DNA from: a virus
Taxonomy: Duplodnaviria > Heunggongvirae > Uroviricota > Caudoviricetes
IMG/VR virus record: IMGVR_UViG_3300025122_006001
DNA: 10,471 nt
Direction: 5' to 3' (one strand)
Under the pieces are notes generated by a model. The model searched no databases. It was not told where the DNA came from and worked only from the letters and a program-made list of their open reading frames with translations. Positions 1-6,730 of this stretch are shown piece after piece (positions within the stretch are counted from its first letter, which is position 1; each line of letters starts with the position of its first letter). The translations under genes were made by a program, and so were the position numbers.

Positions 1-465
1 GGCATTGCCACAAGTGGGGCACTTAGAGTGTTCAAACCGGCTCCACCACTGATCTGTCTGTTTACTAGCTGTTCTAATTTTACGACCAGCAGTTACAGTA
101 GGCTGCTTTGACTGCGATAAAGCTTTTGCATAATCAATTGTTTCGCCTTTATCTTCAAATATAGACTTGTTATCTCCAAGAAGCATTACTCGAATAACTT
201 CTGAACCTTTATTAGTAATTTCAATTTTATCTCCAACGCTTTTTACGAGTTCTGATTTCTCCATTGCTACCACGTCTTCGCTTGAAACAGTAGCAGGTCT
301 GCGATATATCCTATCTTCAACTTTGTTGTCTTCATCTTTCCAAATATTAAATAAGTTTTTCGCAGCTTTTGGATGAACTAAATCTTTACTATGTAACCGA
401 TCAGTTATCTCTGGGACAAGAATAACTAAGTAATCGAAAACAGATTGTCCAAGTGTATTATGCAT
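1..465 (-). CDS. Hypothetical phage protein, 3'-truncated (155+ aa, MHNTLGQSVFDYLV...HSKCPTCGNA); possible winged-helix-like segment and a CxxC at the window edge
   Basis: Manual translation: ATG at 465-463 and 155 codons with no stop to position 1. It is missing from the ORF track because its stop lies outside the window. It overlaps the upstream gene stop by 8 nt (ATGCATAA). Confidence 0.85.
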   Translation of the reverse strand, partial: MHNTLGQSVFDYLVILVPEITDRLHSKDLVHPKAAKNLFNIWKDEDNKVEDRIYRRPATVSSEDVVAMEKSELVKSVGDKIEITNKGSEVIRVMLLGDNKSIFEDKGETIDYAKALSQSKQPTVTAGRKIRTASKQTDQWWSRFEHSKCPTCGNA

Positions 466-1888
466 ATTCTTTCTTTCTATTCTTATTTAGCCATTCCTCT
501 GTTTGTTCAGCCGATACTTTTTTTTCACAATCAAAATGAAGATGACGATGACAATTAGTACAAAGAACAATACATTTTTCTAACTCTCGCTGTATTACCT
601 TAAACCCAAAACTACAGCGAATAAGATCAGAAATTTTCTGCGTTTTTGAACTAGAATCTATATGATGAAAATCTAAACAAAACCATCGTTTTTCACCACA
701 ACAGGCACAAGAAGCGTTTTTCTTATAATCATCTAGCCAATCGCGCTTCTGTTTTTTCGCCAATCTTTTTGTTTTATTTATATGCTCTTTATTATTGATA
801 AAACGATCGGAACGACGTTTTAATTCTTTTTGCATTTTTTTCTTTTCACTTTTAGCAACCGCCTCTGTGCTCTTTATATGCTTATCATAATATTCCTGTT
901 GTACTGATTTTCGTTTGTATATTTTCTCTGCCTCAATACATTCAGGTGCGTTGCAGCATGCGTGAGAATGATATGTGTGTTTATAGCACCTTGTGCCACA
1001 ATGCTTACATGTCATTTGTTTATTATATTTCCTTTTAGAATCTACTCGCCTCTTAATAAGTCTTTCTGTTTCAAAACACTCATCAGAACAATATTTAACA
1101 TGATTAGGCGAAAAAATAAATTTCTTTTTACAGTGCACACATTCTGTGTAATCATCATCTAGATATTTTATATCATTCGACAAAAAATCTAATTTCTCTA
1201 CAGAGTTTAACCACTGAAAAGTCTGTTCAGGCGTTAAATCTCCTTTAAACAAAAAATGCAGATGTCTATGACAATTGGCACAAAGTAAAATACATTTATC
1301 TGCTTCTGCCTTTATGACAGCCAAGGGACAACCATTGTATACAATTCCTGCCATATTCAATTTCTTTTGAGAAATATCTAAATGATGAAAGTCTAAACAA
1401 AACCATCTGTTTTCACCACACTTCTCGCAAGACTTAGACTCTTTATAATTTGTTATCCATTCTCTTTTTTGTTTCCTTTCTAATCTCTTTTTTTGCTCAA
1501 CGGCTCGCATTTTCGTTGGGTTGTTCTTTCTATGCCGACGACTACTTTCTGCCTCTTTCTTTTTATCACGCTTAGATTTTCTAACGTGCGTATTATAATG
1601 TTTTCTCTGAGCTAGTTTCTTTCTATGGAGTTTTTCTTTGTCAATGCAGGATTCTTTGTTACAACAGCCTCCTGAATGATATGTCTTCCTATTCATAAAA
1701 AGACCACAATGTTTACACGTCATTTTTATGGCATAATTGGACTTGCAGAGCTTTTGCTCATATTCTTTTCTCGCCATCTTAAAACATTGACGACTACAAT
1801 AAAATCTATTTTCAGAGGAAGAAATGAATTTCTTTTCACAATACCGACAAGTTTTGTATTCCTCCGGTAAATATTCTGTTTTTGGCAT
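458..1888 (-). CDS. Tandem-duplicated HNH endonuclease (476 aa): two units, each with CxxC..YCSxxC, CKHC..CC..C, a basic helix and an HNH-type nuclease (CxxCGExRWFCLDFHH...KCIxLCxNCHRHLH)
   Basis: The motifs are visible twice in the translation (about aa 6-230 and 242-472). An AAGGAG Shine-Dalgarno site lies 6 nt before the ATG at 1888. Confidence 0.85.
   Translation of the reverse strand: MPKTEYLPEEYKTCRYCEKKFISSSENRFYCSRQCFKMARKEYEQKLCKSNYAIKMTCKHCGLFMNRKTYHSGGCCNKESCIDKEKLHRKKLAQRKHYNTHVRKSKRDKKKEAESSRRHRKNNPTKMRAVEQKKRLERKQKREWITNYKESKSCEKCGENRWFCLDFHHLDISQKKLNMAGIVYNGCPLAVIKAEADKCILLCANCHRHLHFLFKGDLTPEQTFQWLNSVEKLDFLSNDIKYLDDDYTECVHCKKKFIFSPNHVKYCSDECFETERLIKRRVDSKRKYNKQMTCKHCGTRCYKHTYHSHACCNAPECIEAEKIYKRKSVQQEYYDKHIKSTEAVAKSEKKKMQKELKRRSDRFINNKEHINKTKRLAKKQKRDWLDDYKKNASCACCGEKRWFCLDFHHIDSSSKTQKISDLIRCSFGFKVIQRELEKCIVLCTNCHRHLHFDCEKKVSAEQTEEWLNKNRKKEYA
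662..1420. repeat. Nucleotide trace of the internal duplication in the HNH gene: 662-700 versus 1382-1420
   Basis: 36 of 39 nt are identical at an offset of exactly 720 nt (CGExRWFCLDFHH coding segment). Confidence 0.9.
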
Positions 1889-1910
1889 GAAAATCTCCTT
1901 TCATGCATAA

Positions 1911-1937
1911 TTTCGACAAATTATCAACAAATCCTTT
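1911..1937 (-). promoter_or_regulatory. Candidate phage promoter motif AAAGGA-N17-GAAA (copy upstream of the HNH gene)
   Basis: Minus strand reads AAAGGA tttgttgataatttgtc GAAA. It has the same spacing and a shared TTTGT as the copy at 6731-6757. Both copies lie in the only two real intergenic gaps. Only two copies were seen, so this is inference. Confidence 0.35.
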
Positions 1938-1942
1938 AACTT

Positions 1943-1996
1943 TTATCTGAATTTTTTGTCTTCAAAAGATAGGACAAGCGCTAGAAATTCAGATAA
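1943..1996 (-). terminator. Long stem-loop directly after the stop of the 260-aa gene (possible terminator or processing site)
   Basis: Perfect 12-bp inverted repeat TTATCTGAATTT (1943-1954) / AAATTCAGATAA (1985-1996), with an inner TTGTC/GACAA stem (1956-1960/1973-1977). The stem is AT-rich and has no clear U-tract, so it is not a canonical intrinsic terminator. Confidence 0.4.
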
Positions 1997-2779
1997 TCAG
2001 TCTCTAGTTAGAGCATATCTTTCATAATATGGTTCTTCGTCGCGCCTATTATACCAGCTATAGGGCTCATTACGAAGCTCTCTCGCCATAAAACCCTCGC
2101 CAACACGACCATCTCCATTATAATTTTCGAGTCCCATTCTATATCTTGTTTGTTTACGAATATCTTTCATTCTTCCTCTAAGATTTTCATCTTCATCTCT
2201 CCACGGCCAAACTCTTTCCAACATTGGCAAGTCTAGGTTTGACCACGGACCTGCAACAGACTTAGCCGTTTTATATTCGAATGACTCTGCATATGCTTCA
2301 CCTCCTGACGCTAATCGCAACAAGTCAATAAGATAATATAGCTTATTGATTCTACGATGAACACAATCAATCGCTATCTTAAAATTTGGAAACAACTTAA
2401 CTTGAACAGAAGTAAATTTGGATACATCTCTCGATAAACAATTAAAAACTGCCCTTTTTAAAGACGTATTGTCTAAATCCTCAAAAGCATCAACAAGCTT
2501 AGCGATATCTTTTAGCGAATAAACGAATAAATCTACAGAACGTGAGTCTGCGACTGTATTACCGGGCACGCTAGTATCATATAACAAATCAACAGATTCT
2601 TTCCACAAGAACTTAAACGTATGAATATCTTGATCTATATCTTTTTTAAATCCAGCAATAAGATGAGATATCGTCTTTGCCTTGACTGTGCCGTTCTCTC
2701 GATGTTGACAAGAGCCATCATCAGATAGCCTAATATCATTAACAGCGAGTTCTTTTTTTATCAAATCCCAGTTATTCAT
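1997..2779 (-). CDS. Hypothetical phage protein (260 aa) with a Trp/Tyr/Arg-rich C-terminal ~90 aa
   Basis: Long ORF on the coding strand whose ATG overlaps the upstream small ORF stop (ATGA). No family recognised. Confidence 0.85.
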   Translation of the reverse strand: MNNWDLIKKELAVNDIRLSDDGSCQHRENGTVKAKTISHLIAGFKKDIDQDIHTFKFLWKESVDLLYDTSVPGNTVADSRSVDLFVYSLKDIAKLVDAFEDLDNTSLKRAVFNCLSRDVSKFTSVQVKLFPNFKIAIDCVHRRINKLYYLIDLLRLASGGEAYAESFEYKTAKSVAGPWSNLDLPMLERVWPWRDEDENLRGRMKDIRKQTRYRMGLENYNGDGRVGEGFMARELRNEPYSWYNRRDEEPYYERYALTRD

Positions 2780-2910
2780 TTTTTCGCGGGTTCATGTTTT
2801 CCAACTAACACGTCAACATATTTTTTAGGATGAACGGTTTTCCAGTATCTTTTTAGCTTCTTCTTATCAAACTTCTTACCACGAGCTTTTTCTGAAGTCA
2901 ACACTCGCAT
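2776..2910 (-). CDS. Small basic protein (44 aa, MRVLTSEKARGKKFDKKKLKRYWKTVHPKKYVDVLVGKHEPAKK)
   Basis: It fills the 2780-2909 gap exactly, with a TGATG overlap upstream and an ATGA overlap downstream. It is below the ORF-track length cutoff. Confidence 0.8.
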   Translation of the reverse strand: MRVLTSEKARGKKFDKKKLKRYWKTVHPKKYVDVLVGKHEPAKK

Positions 2911-3752
2911 CAGTTATCGAGTTCCAATCTCACTTGTTCATTAGATCTTTCTCTTAGCTTGGGATGACTGCCGATCCTTTCAGCTGTTTGCTCATGATCT
3001 ACGAAGTCAATATCTTCTGGGGTTTGTCCCAGATCAATAAAAGCGGGATCTGCTTCATCTGCTTTATCCACTTCATCTGCGGACTTCTCTGGTCTCACTG
3101 TTCCCACTGGCTGTAATGCTTTTGGCGGTCGCCCTCTCTTCTTGCCCGTAGATTTTTTAGTAGTCACTTTCTTCCTTTTTCTGCGCATTTTCGGCTTTTT
3201 AGCATCACCATCATCATCTTCTGCAACTTTTATTTGCTTAACATGCTGTGTTTGGGATTTTGACAACTCATCTTTAGAGAGAACTTTTTCACGTTGTGCG
3301 TCCCAAGCTCGCATAGTTGTTGTAGGTTCTTCTGGGCGACATGGTTCTTTTGATGTTTCTTCGTTTTTTTCTTTCTCTGTTTTCATTTTGCCCACAATTA
3401 AATCTTTAGAAGACTCTACTTCTAATAAGCCCATATCTATAGCTTTTTGGAACTCTGGTTCATCAATTTGATCTTGTCGTAAAAATTTCATATCATCTTT
3501 TTCAAAAACAACATTATAAACTACTAAGCGATTTTTTCCTATATTTCGAACTGGAAATTCGGTAGGATGGGTATCTAGTTTCGGAGCTCCCTCAACAAAT
3601 GATATCCACTCTTTCTTAACAGCCATTTGGATATCTGACATATACGCATCTGCGTCTTTAAGGGTGATTATGTCATTCGCCTTCATTGGGTGCCCAATAG
3701 TAGGTAGTGTCAGCTCTCCTGAGAACTTAGATGAAACTTTAATTCGCATCAT
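2910..3752 (-). CDS. Hypothetical protein (280 aa): two ~55-aa N-terminal repeats, then a charged low-complexity tail with an AT-hook (KKRGRPPK)
   Basis: AGGAG Shine-Dalgarno at 3756-3760 and a TAATG overlap with the upstream gene. The RGRP core is at aa 206-209. Confidence 0.85.
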   Translation of the reverse strand: MMRIKVSSKFSGELTLPTIGHPMKANDIITLKDADAYMSDIQMAVKKEWISFVEGAPKLDTHPTEFPVRNIGKNRLVVYNVVFEKDDMKFLRQDQIDEPEFQKAIDMGLLEVESSKDLIVGKMKTEKEKNEETSKEPCRPEEPTTTMRAWDAQREKVLSKDELSKSQTQHVKQIKVAEDDDGDAKKPKMRRKRKKVTTKKSTGKKRGRPPKALQPVGTVRPEKSADEVDKADEADPAFIDLGQTPEDIDFVDHEQTAERIGSHPKLRERSNEQVRLELDN

Positions 3753-4348
3753 TATCTCCTTTTTCTGTTAACCTCTTCAAAAACATTATCGGTTAATCTA
3801 TCAAACAGTCTTCTATTAGGCGTCCAGCCTTTCTGCATATTATGCGGGCCAACTGGTTCTTGCTCTTTATTAATATTAATATGCCCCAAAGAATCTTCCG
3901 GGTCAAAGAATCTATGATCGCTGGCGTCCTGATGCTGCACACCGTCTGGCGATTTATTCCCAGAAGGGAACTCACCATCAAAAGACATCGTATTCTCCAT
4001 ATCGTCGATATCTTTTTTTACCTGTTCAGCGTATTCTTCCTTGCCAATCTCGCTTATATTTGCTTTAGCACGAGGGTCGAGTGGGCTTCTTACCTCAGTT
4101 CCAAATCCAGTGCCCTCACCAGGCGTTGTTAATTTATGACCTTGCTCATCTCCGGGTTTGCTCTTTCTGCGATAAGGATTGTAAGAGGGACTGAATCGAT
4201 CATAATCAAAAGTATCTGGCGGCCCTGAAAAATTACGCGCCACTACAAACAAATGGTTGCCACATTGGCAACCATCGTCAATATCTCGAAATGCCATTGT
4301 TCGTTTACACTCCTTGCAAACAAACGCTAACTTATCTATGGGTGTCAT
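3752..4348 (-). CDS. Hypothetical protein (198 aa) with an N-terminal Zn-ribbon-like motif (CKEC-x12-CQC) and a Pro/Gly/Asp-rich, probably disordered remainder
   Basis: Translation; the ATG is 2 nt after the upstream stop. Confidence 0.85.
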   Translation of the reverse strand: MTPIDKLAFVCKECKRTMAFRDIDDGCQCGNHLFVVARNFSGPPDTFDYDRFSPSYNPYRRKSKPGDEQGHKLTTPGEGTGFGTEVRSPLDPRAKANISEIGKEEYAEQVKKDIDDMENTMSFDGEFPSGNKSPDGVQHQDASDHRFFDPEDSLGHININKEQEPVGPHNMQKGWTPNRRLFDRLTDNVFEEVNRKRR

Positions 4349-4350
4349 TA

Positions 4351-5241
4351 TTAGACCACTATTAAATCTGGGTATGCTTTCTTAGCCTCTTCAATTGTAG
4401 GGAATAATTCTAATGCTTTGTCATCAACAGATAGCTTGTCTTCCGCATCTTTCTTTAACGACCTCTCCCAAACAGTTAACGCATTTTTTTTATTGTTTAA
4501 AACAAGGAAATGCTGCTTCACTTTTCCATCAATAAAAGCAAGCAACCTTGCTTTAGCAGAATTAATATCATTCATCTGCTGTTGCTCTTGCTCTGTCATT
4601 TCTCTACTTTCAAGTGCTGCTTTGCCAAAAAGCGTAAACAACATTGCATCTGCATCTTTTAGTGATGCTGTAACCATTTCATAAATTTTGTCTTCTTTCG
4701 CCATTCTTTTTTCATCTACTTGAATATCTTTATTAAGAGGCATTGTTTTATGTAGACCCTTAAATCTATCTGGATGGTTTTGCAATTGGCTTTTATGGTT
4801 ATTAGATGGAACCTTTGTCTTCATTGCTTCCGAGATATCTAGCCCAACATATTTATCCCAAAACACAGTATCTTTATCTTTAGCACCTTCTGCTGAACGA
4901 ACTACCTCATAGTGCTTCTGGTCATGAGCTTCTGCGACCTGCTGAACAGTTAAAAGACGAGAATCAGATATCTTATCTGAGCGACGAAGATTATATACTT
5001 GTTTATTATTATCAAACTTAGATTCTATAGTTCCTGGGTGGTCGTCGCCTGTGCGAGATTTGCTTAATTGTTGTTCCCAAGGAACATTTGTATCTTTCGC
5101 CCTATGGTCGCCTTTTTGAAGAAGCCAGTCATAATTACCAGGGTTCTTAGGCGTAAATTTATGAGGCTTAGTCTTTTCAACAAGCATCTGATCATAGTGC
5201 TTAGGGTCGTCTTTTTTAGCCATTTTGCTTTGATTAGACAT
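4351..5241 (-). CDS. Hypothetical phage protein (296 aa), possibly virion or head associated
   Basis: Long ORF whose ATG directly follows the iscB stop. Its apparent original Shine-Dalgarno site lies on the far side of the IscB cassette (GGAGAG at 6713-6718). Function is inferred only from position after terL. Confidence 0.85.
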   Translation of the reverse strand: MSNQSKMAKKDDPKHYDQMLVEKTKPHKFTPKNPGNYDWLLQKGDHRAKDTNVPWEQQLSKSRTGDDHPGTIESKFDNNKQVYNLRRSDKISDSRLLTVQQVAEAHDQKHYEVVRSAEGAKDKDTVFWDKYVGLDISEAMKTKVPSNNHKSQLQNHPDRFKGLHKTMPLNKDIQVDEKRMAKEDKIYEMVTASLKDADAMLFTLFGKAALESREMTEQEQQQMNDINSAKARLLAFIDGKVKQHFLVLNNKKNALTVWERSLKKDAEDKLSVDDKALELFPTIEEAKKAYPDLIVV

Positions 5242-6459
5242 TTAACTTTTCCATAATAAAGTCTGAAAACTCTCCAATAACTTCAAGCGTTTGCAATTTA
5301 CATTTTTACCAATAACGTCTCCATCTAATTTTCTAACATCAAAATATCCAGAATTTCTTCTACCAAAAATAAAACATTCAATTTTATTTAATAAAATTTT
5401 GTCAAATCTTTGAAAATCCTCTATAAATCTATATGCTGTATTTCGTATGTGACTTCGAGCACCTTTAAACAGTTTTCTGTTCTGTTTTCTCACTTGCTTA
5501 ATGATATATAGATGACCTCTTATTTGATCTATCCCCCCAGCAGTCACAAAAGCATCATTAATATGTGATTTAGATAAGTTCAATCTTATTCTGTTAGATT
5601 TTGTAATATAACCATAAGTAATATTAATAGGTAATCCTAACTTCTTTGCCTCTGCTACTATTCTCCACCTAATAATTGACATGAAAGTTTCTGGTTTAAA
5701 CTGTCTTGATCTTTTTGCTTTTAACTTAATTTCACCATTGTGATGTTTATCATGACAAGTCAAGCAGAGAGTAAGCAGATTTTCAGGATTATCTGTTCCT
5801 CCCTGGCTTCTAGGAATTATATGATGCACTTGAAGAATCTTATCTTTAGATTTCCCTTTACAATACTGACAAACATGATTATCTCTATGCAAAATATATT
5901 CCCTTATATTATAGAATCCTAGTTGTTCACCTTCTTGGTATTCTTTGCCATTGATATCTGGATCTTTAATTTTCTGTATATCAAAATTAGCTACTTCTAT
6001 ATTAATTTCTGTGATAGGAAGCAGTTTTGTGATTTTCTGAATTAATTTAATATGAGAATCTAATTTGTGTTGAACAGAAGGGGCTAACCAACCTTTTTCT
6101 ATTTTTCTGTTTAGAAACCTAGATTTACGATACCAAGTTTTTCTTGATCTTCTCGTTCTTCTATACATCTTTTTTTCTGAATTAAGATTAGGCATGTCAG
6201 TTCTCAACTGCGCTTCAGCAGAAAATACTTCTTTTTTCTCTGTGACAGCAGATAAGCCAACGCTTTTATAACCTGTATCTACTCCTAAAATAATTCTTTG
6301 TTTTGTCTCGCCAGTTGCATTTTTCAGTTGAATCGTGAACGGTGTTCTCTTTACAACACGAGCATCTCCTTTCTTTAACAAGACTCTTGCTTTACGAGAA
6401 GTAGTGGGCATAAGAGGTTCGCCTCTCATGTTGAGCACATAAATAGCAGGTACTCGCAA
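5242..6459 (-). CDS. iscB: IscB RNA-guided endonuclease (RRXRR/PLMP family), ~405 aa from TTG 6459; the frame is open to ATG 6636 (464 aa)
   Basis: PLMP motif (GEPLMPT), RuvC-I (ILGVDTGYKSVG), Arg-rich bridge helix (RRTRRSRKTWYRKSRFLNR), RuvC-II (INIEVANFD), HNH (CQYC..VHHIIPRSQGGTDNPENLLTLCLTCHDKHH) and RuvC-III (SHINDA). GGAG lies 8 nt before TTG 6459. Confidence 0.93.
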   Translation of the reverse strand: MRVPAIYVLNMRGEPLMPTTSRKARVLLKKGDARVVKRTPFTIQLKNATGETKQRIILGVDTGYKSVGLSAVTEKKEVFSAEAQLRTDMPNLNSEKKMYRRTRRSRKTWYRKSRFLNRKIEKGWLAPSVQHKLDSHIKLIQKITKLLPITEINIEVANFDIQKIKDPDINGKEYQEGEQLGFYNIREYILHRDNHVCQYCKGKSKDKILQVHHIIPRSQGGTDNPENLLTLCLTCHDKHHNGEIKLKAKRSRQFKPETFMSIIRWRIVAEAKKLGLPINITYGYITKSNRIRLNLSKSHINDAFVTAGGIDQIRGHLYIIKQVRKQNRKLFKGARSHIRNTAYRFIEDFQRFDKILLNKIECFIFGRRNSGYFDVRKLDGDVIGKNVNCKRLKLLESFQTLLWKS

Positions 6460-6707
6460 GTCCTGCTCTCCCTGTACTCGGGGAGTTAGAGCCTCATCGG
6501 GACTGTTATCAAAGGTTTTGAGATTCTGCAACACCGTCCCTACCTCACAGGACTGTTTAATCACAGAATCACAGTTGCTACGGACTTGAGGAGCATCCGT
6601 AGGTGTGTATGTGTTTCCCTCTGATAACTTCTGCATTATATTAATGCTCCCTAGTCAACCTAGAACTCATTTTATTGAGATCTCAGCATTAGCTGTCGGT
6701 AGTTGAC
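6445..6707 (-). ncRNA. IscB omegaRNA scaffold (approximate 3' end)
   Basis: It lies directly 5' of the PLMP-coding region. Stems seen: GTCAAC/GTTGAC (6707-6702/6659-6654), CAGC-TAAT-GCTG, ACGGA/TCCGT (6600-6580), GTCC/GGAC (6553-6536) and AGCAGG/CCTGCT (6467-6445). Layout matches known IscB loci. Confidence 0.8.
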
Positions 6708-6730
6708 TAAATCTCTCCAATATACCTTTC

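Larger units (their letters stand above)
5242..6707 (-). mobile_element. IscB OMEGA cassette (IS200/IS605 superfamily, no tnpA in the cassette)
   Basis: The 5' end begins GTCAACTACC at 6707 and has a matching GTTGAC at 6659-6654. The omegaRNA-like region is followed by iscB, and the iscB stop abuts the next ATG. Removing 5242-6707 restores TTGGAGAGATTTA-ATG. Confidence 0.85.

Noticed and set aside
167-376. Plus-strand 69-aa ORF, and the other short plus-strand ORFs (962-1162, 1676-1870, 3142-3471, 3842-4132, 4418-4684, 5068-5256, 5740-5922, 7038-7259, 7879-8079, 10077-10277)
   Set aside because: They are antisense shadows of long, coupled minus-strand genes and have no recognisable motifs.
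1726-1908. Minus-strand 60-aa ORF MHERRFSC...
   Set aside because: It is an alternate frame over the HNH gene, whose ATG has the good Shine-Dalgarno site. Only its ATGCAT start is of interest, as part of the direct repeat.
5242-6707. IscB cassette as a self-splicing intron (IStron-like)
   Set aside because: It does not interrupt a reading frame, and I recognised no group I or group II core. RNA-level removal would restore the RBS, so RT-PCR across the junction would still be a cheap test.
5270-6722. 10-nt repeat TATTGGAGAG in the IscB guide flank (6722-6713) and near the iscB 3' end (5279-5270), considered as a target duplication or self-target
   Set aside because: The internal copy is 27 nt inside the gene end, diverges in the TAM-proximal bases and is not followed by ATG. 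IS200/IS605 elements make no duplications, and TTGGAGA occurs several other times in the window.
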